25,275 nucleotides of DNA from positions 1 to 25,275 of the forward strand of contig JAPDJZ010000160.1 in the NCBI GenBank assembly GCA_029258815.1. Direction: 5' to 3'. Shown in pieces: positions 14,858 to 24,274 of this stretch. Every line of letters begins with the position of its first letter. The first letter of the stretch is position 1. The position numbers and the translations under genes are program-made. The notes beneath the pieces were generated by a model. The model did not search any database, was not told the DNA's origin, and worked only from the letters and a program-made list of their open reading frames with translations. This stretch comes from an archaeon. Lineage in GTDB: Archaea > Thermoproteota > Nitrososphaeria_A > Caldarchaeales > Wolframiiraptoraceae.

Positions 14858-16252
14858 TTGAGGACGCTACTTATCCTTCCGCCGACCACGTCAGTCGTAA
14901 AGGAGGTCCTCGGATCGGCAGGGCCGCCTCTGGGACTAGCGTATCTGGCGTCGGTCGCGCGGATGCGCGGCTGGAAGCCCATGATAATCGACGGGCTCGC
15001 CGAGAACCTAACCCCCGACGCGCTCGAGGAGAAGATTAGGAAGTTTAAGCCGGATGTCGTGGGCCTGACGGCGACGACCCCGGCGATCTACGACGCGTAT
15101 GAGGCGGCGAGGATAGCGAAGGAGCTGAACCCGGAGACCTTGGTGATCATCGGAGGCCCTCACGCGACCTTCACGGCCGAGGAGGTCCTAACCGAGTGCA
15201 GGCACGTAGACCTCGTCGTTATGGGCGAGGGCGAGCAAACCTTCAGCGAGATCCTAGAAAAGTATGAGAGGGGCGGAGGGTTCGCGGACGTCCTCGGAAT
15301 AGCCTATAGAAGCGAGGATGGTGTTGTGAAGGTGAATCCCCCGAGGCCGCTCATCAGAAACCTAGACGATGTCCCGATCCCCGCCTACGACCTGCTCCCC
15401 ATGGACAGATACGAGGTGAACGGGGTCAGCTACGCGGCCATAATGACCTCGAGGGGGTGCCCCTATAACTGCGTCTTCTGCTCATCCTCCCTCCAGTTCG
15501 GGAGGAGGTGGAGGGCGCATAGCCCCGAGCGAGTCCTAGAAGAGCTTAGAATCCTGAAGGAGAAGTTCGGGGTTAGGGAGATAGAATTCCTAGACGACAC
15601 CTTCACCCTAGATCAGAAGCGGGCGATAGAGCTTTCGAGGAAGATAGTCGAGGAGGGGCTGGACATATCTTGGAGCGCCTCATCTCGAGTGAACACGTTC
15701 AGCCGGGAGGTGGGCGAGGCCATGCATCGAGCCGGAGCCCACACCGTATACTTCGGGATAGAGTCCGGATCCGAGAGCACGCTGAGGTTCATCGGTAAGG
15801 GGATAACCAAGCGGCAGGCCGTAGACGCCGTGAAAGCCGCCAAGAGCGCGGGCTTAAACGCCCTCGGATCCTTCGTGATAGGATTCCCCTACGAGACCGA
15901 GGAGGATATAAGGAAGACCATAAAGTTCTCGAATAAGGTCGGCGTGGATCTCGCCCAGTTCACCATCGCGACGCCCTACCCGGGGACGAGGCTATGGGAG
16001 ATGGCCGTGGAGAAGGGGCTGCTGCTAACGAGGAACTGGAGAAAGTTCACGACCCTCGACGTCGTCATGCGGAGCCTCTACCTAACCCCGCAGCGGATAA
16101 AGAAGTTCCTCCTCCAAGCCTACCTGGCCTTCTACCTCCACCCGAGGAGGGTTTTGATAGACGTGTTCCGGAATAGGGGCTTCATCCTGAGGCGGGCGAT
16201 ACCCGCGGCCTTCAGGTTCATCAAGCGGGCGATCGCGGGGGCTTGGGAGTAA
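14858..16252 (+). CDS. B12-binding radical SAM protein (class B methyltransferase-like)
   Basis: PPLGLAYLAS, GGPHAT, SRGCPYNCVFC, DDTF, GIESGS, TPYPGT. Confidence 0.92.
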   Translation: MRTLLILPPTTSVVKEVLGSAGPPLGLAYLASVARMRGWKPMIIDGLAENLTPDALEEKIRKFKPDVVGLTATTPAIYDAYEAARIAKELNPETLVIIGGPHATFTAEEVLTECRHVDLVVMGEGEQTFSEILEKYERGGGFADVLGIAYRSEDGVVKVNPPRPLIRNLDDVPIPAYDLLPMDRYEVNGVSYAAIMTSRGCPYNCVFCSSSLQFGRRWRAHSPERVLEELRILKEKFGVREIEFLDDTFTLDQKRAIELSRKIVEEGLDISWSASSRVNTFSREVGEAMHRAGAHTVYFGIESGSESTLRFIGKGITKRQAVDAVKAAKSAGLNALGSFVIGFPYETEEDIRKTIKFSNKVGVDLAQFTIATPYPGTRLWEMAVEKGLLLTRNWRKFTTLDVVMRSLYLTPQRIKKFLLQAYLAFYLHPRRVLIDVFRNRGFILRRAIPAAFRFIKRAIAGAWE

Positions 16253-16287
16253 TACCTTAAAGTAGCCTGAGAATATACCGGATCGGG

Positions 16288-16665
16288 ATGAGCTCGGACG
16301 ACGGCGAGTACGTGCGGAGGATGGCGGACGCCCTTAGAAGCGGGGCGAGGATGCTCGCAGACCACTGCCCGGTTTGCAACAACCCGCTCTTCGAGATAGG
16401 GGGCCAGATCTGGTGCCTGAAGTGCAATAAGAGGGTGATTAAGGTCAAGGGGGAGGAGGACGTCGAGGACGCCTTAACGAGCGTAACCCTGACCGAGGTC
16501 GTGAAAACCTTGACGGCGAAGGTCGAGGAGCTGAACCTCGTCCTGAAGCGGGCGGCGGATCCCGAGGAGATCGGCAAGCTCGCGGAAACGGTGAAAACCG
16601 TTCTAGAAACCCTGGAGGCCGCGTCCAGGCTCAGAAGGCAGTTCACGAAAGAGGAGGAGTCTTAG
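16288..16665 (+). CDS. UPF0148 / Sjogren autoantigen-1 family zinc-ribbon protein
   Basis: MADALRSGARMLADHCPVCNNPLFE...WCLKC plus C-terminal helices. Confidence 0.85.
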   Translation: MSSDDGEYVRRMADALRSGARMLADHCPVCNNPLFEIGGQIWCLKCNKRVIKVKGEEDVEDALTSVTLTEVVKTLTAKVEELNLVLKRAADPEEIGKLAETVKTVLETLEAASRLRRQFTKEEES

Positions 16666-16861
16666 CGTAGGAGTTTACGGGATCTCCGGGTTGCAGATGG
16701 TGCGTATTACCTCGGAGATGCCCACGTCAAACCAAGGGGAGCCCCCCGATAGATCCCGAGCCTCCCTTCACAACCGGGTCAAGCCCGGAAACCTACCGAG
16801 CGGAACACCGAGCTTCCCGAATTCTGGTTAGATCGGCCGCGGCCGCCCCAGCTCATCCTCG

Positions 16862-16917
16862 AATCCCGAGAAAGCCGAACGGCGGAAATCTCCCGGCGCG
16901 GGGCCCTTCTCGGGATT
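16862..16917. repeat. 11-bp inverted repeat enclosing small hairpins
   Basis: AATCCCGAGAA (16862-16872) / TTCTCGGGATT (16907-16917). Confidence 0.65.
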
Positions 16918-16975
16918 TCCCCTAATTCACAGGCGTTAAGAGCCCGCTTCGAGAAGGCTTAAAATCGCCACCGGC

Positions 16976-17333
16976 TTCCAGCGGAAAAAGAGGGGTTGCT
17001 TCAACTTCCGGTGAACCGCGAAGATCCGGGAGCCGGAGGACGCCGCGGCGATCTAAGGCGATTAAAATGAAAGTTCACAGGAAGTTCTTCACGCGGCCAA
17101 CACGGCCGGAGGCGGTCTTCTCCGCGCAGCAGCCCCGCCACCCCTCGATTTCCACTGAAATATCCGAGGTCGTCCTCCGCGTCGGCAACTTCTAACAGAT
17201 TATAGCACTTAATCGAAAGAGTTCGTGAATTCAATTCATTAACTTACCTTGCATAGTAACTTAAGGGGCTATTCTAAATGGAATCTAAAAACAGCAAGAG
17301 AGCTGAAGGGGCTTTCCAGTCGAAAGGAGGGGG
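16976..17333. other. Replication origin oriC: ORB boxes plus AT-rich DUE
   Basis: ORBs TTCCAGCGGAAAAAGAGGGG (16976-16995 +), TTTCAGTGGAAATCGAGGGG (17141-17160 -), TTTCCAGTCGAAAGGAGGGGG (17313-17333 +); AT-rich tract about 17190-17290; adjacent cdc6. Confidence 0.88.
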
Positions 17334-18570
17334 TGGAGCGGATCCCCTCGGCGAGGTTCTTAGGAGGGCTCTTCAGAGGCCGCGGATCTTCAGGGACAGG
17401 AATGTCATGAGATCCGACTACGTGCCGGATAGGCTTCCGCATAGGGACGAGCACATCCGGAGGCTCGGGGAGATCCTTGCTCCCGCGCTGAGCCTTTCGA
17501 AGCCCAGCAACGTCTTCATCTACGGTAAGACCGGAACCGGGAAGACCGCCGTCGTGAGGTACGTCTTCAAGCGCTTCCGAGAAGTCGTCGAGAGGGAGAA
17601 CCTCCCGCTGGTCTTCGCCTATATCAATTGCAGGATCTCGGGAACCGAGTACAGGGTTTTGGCCGAGCTCTGCGAGAGCATAGGGGTCAAGGTTCCCTTC
17701 ACGGGGCTTTCGAAGGCCGAGGTCTTCTCGAGGCTCAGGCGCGGGCTCAGGGAGAAGGGAGTTCTCCTCGTGGCCTGCTTCGACGAGATAGACGCCCTCG
17801 TGAAGAGCTACGGCGACAACCTGCTCTACGAGCTTTCTAGGATAAACGAGGGGGCGGAGGAGTGCGGCCTCGCCATGATCGGAACCTCGAACGACCTCCA
17901 CTTCAAGGACTACCTCGACCCGAGGGTTCTAAGCAGCCTGAGCGAGGAGGAGCTCGTCTTCCACCCATACACGGCCACGGAGCTAATCGACATCCTAACC
18001 GAGAGGGCCAGGCTCGCCTTCAGGGAGGGCGCCGTCCCACAAGCCGTGATAAACCTCTGCGCCGCCCTAGCAGCGGCCGAGCATGGAGATGCGAGGAGGG
18101 CCATAGATCTCCTTAGGGTTGCGGCCGAGGTCGCTGAGCGCAATGGCGATTCGATCGTGGAGGAGAGGCACGTGAGGTTGGCCCAGAGCATGATCGAGCG
18201 GGGGAGGGTTTTCGAGGCCCTATCCACCCTGCCGCTTCACAGCAAGCTCGTTCTAGCGGCCCTGCTGCTTCTAGCCAAGAACGGGGTTCCGAACCCGATC
18301 TCCGGGATGATCTACCAGACGTATAGGGAGGTTTGCGGCCGGATCGGGGTCGAGCCTCTAACCGATAGGAGAGTGAGCAGCCTGATCTCGGAGCTCGACA
18401 TGCTCGGGGTCGTTAAGAGCGATCTGGTGAACATGGGGAGGCGGGGCAGGACTAGGAAGATCTCGCTCCTAACCCCGGTCGAGGAGGTCGAGGAGGTAAT
18501 GGAGAGCGACGAGCTCCTGGCCTCGCTCCTAAGCCATACCCCGGCCTCAATCGATAAGTGGAGGAAATGA
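17278..18570 (+). CDS. cdc6: Orc1/Cdc6 replication initiator
   Basis: DYVPDRLPHRD, IYGKTGTGKT, FDEID, HGDARRAIDLL, C-terminal wH with ELDMLG..GRRGRTR. Confidence 0.96.
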   Translation: MESKNSKRAEGAFQSKGGGGADPLGEVLRRALQRPRIFRDRNVMRSDYVPDRLPHRDEHIRRLGEILAPALSLSKPSNVFIYGKTGTGKTAVVRYVFKRFREVVERENLPLVFAYINCRISGTEYRVLAELCESIGVKVPFTGLSKAEVFSRLRRGLREKGVLLVACFDEIDALVKSYGDNLLYELSRINEGAEECGLAMIGTSNDLHFKDYLDPRVLSSLSEEELVFHPYTATELIDILTERARLAFREGAVPQAVINLCAALAAAEHGDARRAIDLLRVAAEVAERNGDSIVEERHVRLAQSMIERGRVFEALSTLPLHSKLVLAALLLLAKNGVPNPISGMIYQTYREVCGRIGVEPLTDRRVSSLISELDMLGVVKSDLVNMGRRGRTRKISLLTPVEEVEEVMESDELLASLLSHTPASIDKWRK

Positions 18571-18674
18571 GCCCCATATCCCTCAAGCCGGCCAAAATAC
18601 CGGCGGTATCTCCCTAGCCGCTTCCCCGGAATATCCTTATTCGGCGGGGATCTCTACTAGCTTAGGACGCCGCC

Positions 18675-20141
18675 TTGCGGGAAGCCTTGACCAGAAGGCT
18701 AGTCGATAGGGCCATGCGGAGAGGCTATACGCTAACTAGGAGGGCTCTCGAGCTCCTCCAAGCTTCAGAGCGCCCCATCGAGCTGCTAGATGAGGCCATT
18801 AGGGAGCTTGAGCGCGGGGGGGCGGAGCTTAGGCTGATAGACGAGGAGGTTCTGCGCAGGCTCCTCCCAAAACCGTCCAAAGCCGAGCTTCCGGAAAAGC
18901 CTAAGCGGGTCGAGGAGGACGCGGGGTTAGCGATCGAGGTGGATGATCGCTATCTCGGGGAGTGGAAGATCCGGGGCTCGGCGTCCGAATTCCGGTCATA
19001 CTTCAGGAGCAGATACGAGAGGCTTTCAAAGATTCTGCGAGATAGGCTTGGAGGCGCGTCCGAGCTCAAGTCCATCATCAGGCTTGGCGATGGCCACGAA
19101 GCCTATACCGCGGCCATGATACTCGAGAAGAGGGAGTCGGCTAGGGCTTGGATCCTGAGGGTCGAGGACCCCGGCGCCGAGGCCACGATAATAGTTCCAA
19201 AGGCTGGGGGCTTGGGTGAGCTCGCCGGGAGGGTTCTGCTGGACGCGGTCGCGGGATTCAGGGTCGTGAAGCGGGATAGGAGCCTGATAGCCGAGGAGAT
19301 AGTTCTCCCGGATATTCCGCCTCAGCGGGTGGAGAAGGCCGGGCCGGACGCCTACGCCTGCCTCCTCTCCGACATACACCTAGGGAGCAGGCACTTCAGA
19401 AGAGACCTCTTCGAGAGCTTCCTAGACTGGATAAACCGGGGAAGGGATCCGGAAGCGAGAAGGACTAGAGTCGTGATCGTGGCCGGAGACCTGATCGACG
19501 GGGTGGGGGTCTACCCGGGTCAGGATAAGGAGCTGGAGATGAAATCGGTCGGGAAGCAGCTCGAGCATCTCGCCAAGCTCTTATCCGAGATTCCGGATCG
19601 CGTAGAGCTCATCGTTGGGCCGGGGAACCACGAGCCCCTACAGAAAGCCCTGCCCCAGCCGCCGCTCCCCGAGAAATATCGGAAGATCCTCGAGAGATCC
19701 GGTAAGCGCATCACCTTCGTCGGAAACCCGGCTTGGATAAGAATATGCGGTAGATCATTCCTAGTCTATCATGGTCAAGGCCTCGACGACGTCGTTCAGA
19801 ACGCTCCGGGATTCTCCCACAGCTCCCTCAGCCGGGATGTCGGGGCGGCCCTCGAGCTGCTTCTCAAGCATAGGCATCTCTGCCCGATCTACGGCGGGAG
19901 CACGCCGATACTACCCCTCGGAGAAGACCTTCTAGTAATCCGCGAGGTTCCGCACGTATTCCACTCGGGCCACGTACACGTAGCCTACGCCGGATCCTAT
20001 AGGGGCGTGAGGATAGTCAATTCCGGGACTTGGCAGGAGCAGACCAGCTACCAGCGGAGCGCCGGCCTCGAGCCGACCGTAGGAGTCGCCGTCCTAGTAA
20101 ACCTACGCGACCTCTCGATCAAGGTCAGACGATTCATCTGA
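18675..20141 (+). CDS. DNA polymerase D small (exonuclease) subunit DP1
   Basis: OB fold plus SDIHLGS, AGDLIDGVGVYPGQ, GNHE, HG, FHSGHVH, NSGTWQEQT; TTG start. Confidence 0.93.
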   Translation: MREALTRRLVDRAMRRGYTLTRRALELLQASERPIELLDEAIRELERGGAELRLIDEEVLRRLLPKPSKAELPEKPKRVEEDAGLAIEVDDRYLGEWKIRGSASEFRSYFRSRYERLSKILRDRLGGASELKSIIRLGDGHEAYTAAMILEKRESARAWILRVEDPGAEATIIVPKAGGLGELAGRVLLDAVAGFRVVKRDRSLIAEEIVLPDIPPQRVEKAGPDAYACLLSDIHLGSRHFRRDLFESFLDWINRGRDPEARRTRVVIVAGDLIDGVGVYPGQDKELEMKSVGKQLEHLAKLLSEIPDRVELIVGPGNHEPLQKALPQPPLPEKYRKILERSGKRITFVGNPAWIRICGRSFLVYHGQGLDDVVQNAPGFSHSSLSRDVGAALELLLKHRHLCPIYGGSTPILPLGEDLLVIREVPHVFHSGHVHVAYAGSYRGVRIVNSGTWQEQTSYQRSAGLEPTVGVAVLVNLRDLSIKVRRFI

Positions 20142-20211
20142 GGCGTTCAGAAGCTAGAACAACCCGTTTTACTCTATGTCATTATATCGGCGCCGGGGAG
20201 TAGGTTAGGCG

Positions 20212-21105
20212 ATGAAGGTGAGGGGAAAGATCATCGCGATAATAGCCGCAGCCGTTATAGCGGCCCTAGCCCTATCTTATGGTATAGGAGTGATTGTGAC
20301 GAGCTTTCTCGCAGCGAGCTACTACGGCCCGATTGCCGAAGAGCGGCTCGCCAAGCCCCTTGAGAAGGCGGGGGGATTTGCGGTCGCGAGGTCGGCGCCT
20401 CCGGCCATTACCACTACGGCCACGACTACGGTGGAGGAGCTCGTAAGGTCTCCGGGGAGGATGCTGATCAAGACCGCGGACTTGGAGGTCGAGGCCGAGG
20501 ATCCGGAGGCGGCCGCGAATAAGGTAATCGCACTGGTCGAGGGCTACGGCGGATACGTCGCTCGGCTCAGCGTCTCCGGCGGCCGATCGGTTACCATGAT
20601 AGTCAAGGTTCCCGAGGAGTGCTTCTACGAGGCGCTCAACGCCATCAAGAGGGTTGGGAGGGTCGTGCGCGAGGAGATAAACGTGAAGGACGTTACCGAG
20701 CAGCACGTGGATCTCGAGGCTAGGCTTAGAAACCTCAGGGCGGAGGAGGAGTGGCTTCTAGCGGCGGTCGATAAGGCGAAGACGGTTCAAGACCTGATAA
20801 TGCTCGAGAAGGAGCTCTGGAGGGTTAGGGGGGAGATCGAGCGGATCGAGGCGCAGCTCAAGAACCTAGAGCGGATGGCGACTTACTCGACCATATCGCT
20901 CTGGATAAAGGCTCCGGAGAAGCCCAGGCCGCCGCCGTCCCCGTACCCCGAGATAGACTTCACGCCCGTAGTCGCCGCTGCGGTGGCAGCCCTGATCTAC
21001 ATAGCCTACGGCCTCGTCTTCCTGATACTCGTCGGGACGCCGCTCGCCGCGCTCGCGTACTTGGGCTACTGGGCCTATCGAAGAGCGTTCAAGAGGAAGA
21101 GCTGA
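20212..21105 (+). CDS. DUF4349-family membrane/surface protein
   Basis: RMLIKTADLEVE, DVTEQHVDLEARLRNL, EIERIEAQLKNL...YSTI; N- and C-terminal TM. Confidence 0.85.
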   Translation: MKVRGKIIAIIAAAVIAALALSYGIGVIVTSFLAASYYGPIAEERLAKPLEKAGGFAVARSAPPAITTTATTTVEELVRSPGRMLIKTADLEVEAEDPEAAANKVIALVEGYGGYVARLSVSGGRSVTMIVKVPEECFYEALNAIKRVGRVVREEINVKDVTEQHVDLEARLRNLRAEEEWLLAAVDKAKTVQDLIMLEKELWRVRGEIERIEAQLKNLERMATYSTISLWIKAPEKPRPPPSPYPEIDFTPVVAAAVAALIYIAYGLVFLILVGTPLAALAYLGYWAYRRAFKRKS

Positions 21106-22282
21106 GAACACCCTCAAAATATTTTTCTGAAGCCTTCCTAACCCGCTCCAAGTACTCCGGATCCGCGTAAACCCTTACCATGCCGTAGATCCTGGAGGTG
21201 AACTCTAGGAGCGGCGAGGAGTATTCTACTGGCCGAGGCTTTCCCGAGGTCTCGTCGAAGAACTCGACCCTGCTCTCGTCCTTGAAGGGGAGCGGCGTAA
21301 CGTATGGCGTATCTATCCAGACGGCTTTCTCGGAGACCCCAGAGAGGGACGCGATCTCGAGCTTGGCGCCCTCAGGATCCCTCAGAACGCTTTCGGGAAT
21401 TTTCCCCTCAGCCAGCCTAAGCTCGAAGGCTACCTTCGGGATTCGCCTCCGCTCGATCCGCTCGACGACCCACCTGGCCTTCTCGCTCCGCTTCATCATG
21501 CACCATACCTCGTAGTCGTCGAGCCTAAGATATTCCTCAACGCTAAGCTCGGAGAGGCTTGAGAGATCTTCGAGCATCCTGGCCCCCGAGAGGAAGAGCA
21601 TCTGAGCGGCCCTAACCGTGTGGTGGAAGTAGATGTTCAGGAAGTTCTGGTATCTCGCTAGGGCCATCTCCTCAACGGCTCCGACGGCGTTAATGTTCAC
21701 GGCGAGCCTTCCGTCGAGAAGCCTGCTCCTCAAGATTATCCTCCTAGCGTCGATGATCCCATAGGGCGCCCCGGTGAAATACGCGTCCCGCATGAGGAAA
21801 TCCAGCTTATCGGCGTCGATCGGCCCGCTTATTATCGGGGACTCGGCCGCCCTCCCCTCGAGAACCTCGAGAACGTCCTCCGCCGAAACGCCGCACGCCT
21901 CCACCGCCTCGGCCAGCTCCCCGCTCCCCCGAAGGATCCTCGCGGTCATGGCCTCATGGCTCAGCCCGGCCTCCTCGAGGAGGGCCTCGAATAGATGCGA
22001 GTACGGGGGGTGGCCTAGGTCGTGGAGAAGCCCCGCGAGCCTCAGAACCCTCCTCCTATAATCGTCCAATCCGAGGCTTCTGGCGAACTCCCCCGCGAGG
22101 TGCATGCATCCAAGCGAGTGGTCGAACCTGCTATGCCTCGCGCCGGGGTAGACGAGGTAGACGAACGGCAGCTGAATTATCCTCCTAAGCCTCTGAACCG
22201 GATACGAGTCGACGACCCTGAGCTCGGCCTCCGAGACCTCGATATACCCGTGAACCGGATCCTTGATGAGCTTAAACCTCAA
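21089..22282 (-). CDS. HD-domain dNTP triphosphohydrolase (SAMHD1/YdhJ-like)
   Basis: IKDPVHG, QRLRRIIQL, YPGARHSRFDHSLG, LLHDLGHPPYSH, DADKLDFLMRD. Confidence 0.92.
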   Translation of the reverse strand: MRFKLIKDPVHGYIEVSEAELRVVDSYPVQRLRRIIQLPFVYLVYPGARHSRFDHSLGCMHLAGEFARSLGLDDYRRRVLRLAGLLHDLGHPPYSHLFEALLEEAGLSHEAMTARILRGSGELAEAVEACGVSAEDVLEVLEGRAAESPIISGPIDADKLDFLMRDAYFTGAPYGIIDARRIILRSRLLDGRLAVNINAVGAVEEMALARYQNFLNIYFHHTVRAAQMLFLSGARMLEDLSSLSELSVEEYLRLDDYEVWCMMKRSEKARWVVERIERRRIPKVAFELRLAEGKIPESVLRDPEGAKLEIASLSGVSEKAVWIDTPYVTPLPFKDESRVEFFDETSGKPRPVEYSSPLLEFTSRIYGMVRVYADPEYLERVRKASEKYFEGVLSSSS

Positions 22283-22319
22283 CCCGGCCAGAAATCCCCG
22301 ACAGACCGGATAAAGCTTT

Positions 22320-22910
22320 TCACGCCAGCCTCAGAAGATCCTCGACGATTCCGGCGACCTCCGAGAACACCTCCTCCAAGGGCTTCTCCGCGTCGACCCT
22401 CAGGAGATCTCCCCGATCCACGTACCTGAGGTAAACCTCCCTAACCCTGCCGAGAAATTCTTCGCGCTCAAACCTCGACCTCCGCCCCCTAAGCCTCCCG
22501 AGCCCAACCTCAGGCCGAACGTCCAACAAAATTCCCAAATCGGGCCTCCTAGCGAACCTATTCAATTCCTCGACCCAGCCTAGATCCCCGACGGAGGCCC
22601 CTTGATAAGCGAGGGAGGAGTGGAGATATCTATCCGAGACGACCACGTAGCCCTCGCCGAGCAGGGGCTCGACTACCCTCTCGAGGTGATAAAGCCTATC
22701 GGCCGCGAAGAGGAGGGCCTCAACCCGCGGGTCGACGCGCCTCCCGTGCGCAAGCCTCCTGAGAAGCCTGCCGTAAGGCCCTCCCGTGGGCTCGCGGGTA
22801 TACCTAGCCTCGACGCCCCTCCCCCTAAGCCACCTAACGAGCCTCCTAGCGATCGTAGTCTTGCCAGCCCCGTCAACTCCCTCGAGCGATATCAGGAGAC
22901 CCGAGGCCAT
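22320..22910 (-). CDS. tmk: Thymidylate kinase
   Basis: LEGVDGAGKTT, TREP, LLFAADR, DRYLHSSLAYQG, PDLGILLDV. Confidence 0.95.
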   Translation of the reverse strand: MASGLLISLEGVDGAGKTTIARRLVRWLRGRGVEARYTREPTGGPYGRLLRRLAHGRRVDPRVEALLFAADRLYHLERVVEPLLGEGYVVVSDRYLHSSLAYQGASVGDLGWVEELNRFARRPDLGILLDVRPEVGLGRLRGRRSRFEREEFLGRVREVYLRYVDRGDLLRVDAEKPLEEVFSEVAGIVEDLLRLA

Positions 22911-23002
22911 GAACCAGCCCTAAAGCCTAAAACACCGGCGAAGATAAAGCTTGAGGAAAAAGATCAAGAACCGCGACCAAAACCCAGTAACCCGGGAGAA
23001 AG

Positions 23003-23077
23003 GGGCCCGTAGCCTAGCTTGGATAGGGCGTCGGCCTTCGGAGCCGGAGGTCCGGGGTTCGAATCCCCGCGGGCCCA
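23003..23077 (+). tRNA. tRNA-Arg(TCG)
   Basis: GGGCCCG/CGGGCCC acceptor, A20 in D loop, CT-TCG-GA loop, CGGGG-TTCGAAT-CCCCG T arm. Confidence 0.95.
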
Positions 23078-23126
23078 CTGAGAAATGCTCCTCCTTCTCG
23101 AGAAATTTCCGGGGGGCAGATGGGTG

Positions 23127-23211
23127 CGCGGCGGGCGGGATTTGAACCCGCGAGGCCCAACGGGCCAGTGGCTTAGCAGGCCACCCCCCTACCAGGCTAG
23201 GGAACCGCCGC
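23127..23211 (-). tRNA. tRNA-Ser(GCT)
   Basis: GCGGCGG/CCGCCGC-G acceptor, GTGGC-CT-GCT-AA-GCCAC, long variable arm GGCCC-GTT-GGGCC. Confidence 0.95.
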
Positions 23212-23393
23212 AGCGGCCTTCTAAGCTTCCTCGATAGTAGCTTGGCTACCCGGGTTGATTTAAAGCTTTAACGGGTTTTCTTCTCGATGCCGCGTTCTTC
23301 GGGGAGTCGTTCTCGGCGGCGCGCCTGCCGGGTTTCCGGTTTAATGCTTTTAACCTAGTTCATCTCACTTTTCCTAGGTCGGTGAAAGGAGGG

Positions 23394-23660
23394 GTGTCTA
23401 AGCACCCGCCGTCATTAGCCAGGCTCGTCTTGGATATTCTAAAGCCCCATGTCCCCGATCTGATCGATTTCTGCAGGGCTCTCTCGGCCGTCGACGGGGT
23501 TAGGAGGGTTTCCGCGGTGGTCGTGGAGGTCGACGTCGAGACGGATACGGTGAAGATCACGATCGAGGGCAGGGATATAGACTTCGAGAAGGTTAGGGAG
23601 AAGGTGAAGGAGATGGGCGCGGCGGTTCACAGCGTCGACGAGGTAGTCTTCGAGCAGTAG
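23394..23660 (+). CDS. DUF211 (COG1888) family protein
   Basis: RLVLDILKPHVP..GAAVHSVDEV; GTG 23394 with GGAGG SD (alternative GTG 23382). Confidence 0.85.
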   Translation: MSKHPPSLARLVLDILKPHVPDLIDFCRALSAVDGVRRVSAVVVEVDVETDTVKITIEGRDIDFEKVREKVKEMGAAVHSVDEVVFEQ

Positions 23661-23662
23661 CC

Positions 23663-24274
23663 GTGGAGGAGGGGGAAGCCACGTTTAACCTCATCAAATC
23701 ATCCGTCTCGAGGGTTTTCCGATACTCCGGCGCCAAGGAGTATTCTAGGAGATACGCTGTCATGAACGCCTTCGACGGGGTCGTAACGATTCTCGGAATA
23801 GTCTTGGGCTCGACGCTTCTCGGCGGATCGGATCCCAGAGACATCGTGGCCGCGGGGGTCGGCGCTCTAATAGCCATGGGAATCTCCGGGGCCAGCGGAA
23901 CCTACATGGCCGAGAAGGCCGAGCAGGAGCGGAGGCTCAGGGAGATAGAGGACGCCATGCTCGTTAAGCTCGAAGACTCGGTTATAGCGGAGGCTAGGGA
24001 ATGGGCTGCGGTGATCTCGGCGGCGGTCGACGCCGGGGCCGCGGTCTTGGCGGGCCTCATCTCCCTAGCGCCCTACCTCCTCTCCCTCCTAAACCTCATC
24101 TCGGCTGGTCAAGCCTTCACGCTATCGCTGACGCTTTCCCTCGGGCTCTTATTCTCGCTCGGGCTATTCCTCGGAAGGGTCGCGAAGAGGAACGTCATAG
24201 TCTCGGGGCTTAAATCGCTCGCGATAGGGTGCGTAACCATCCTGCTGATCACCCTACTGAACCTAGTTCTCTAA
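23663..24274 (+). CDS. VIT1/CCC1 family membrane protein
   Basis: RRYAVMNAFDGVVTILG, AMGISGASGTYMAEKAE; C-terminal TM helices. Confidence 0.85.
   Translation: MEEGEATFNLIKSSVSRVFRYSGAKEYSRRYAVMNAFDGVVTILGIVLGSTLLGGSDPRDIVAAGVGALIAMGISGASGTYMAEKAEQERRLREIEDAMLVKLEDSVIAEAREWAAVISAAVDAGAAVLAGLISLAPYLLSLLNLISAGQAFTLSLTLSLGLLFSLGLFLGRVAKRNVIVSGLKSLAIGCVTILLITLLNLVL

Noticed and set aside
17269-17901. 210-aa minus-strand ORF, and similar long antisense ORFs over pst, phoU, tmk and others
   Set aside because: Mirror frames of real high-GC genes with no independent motifs
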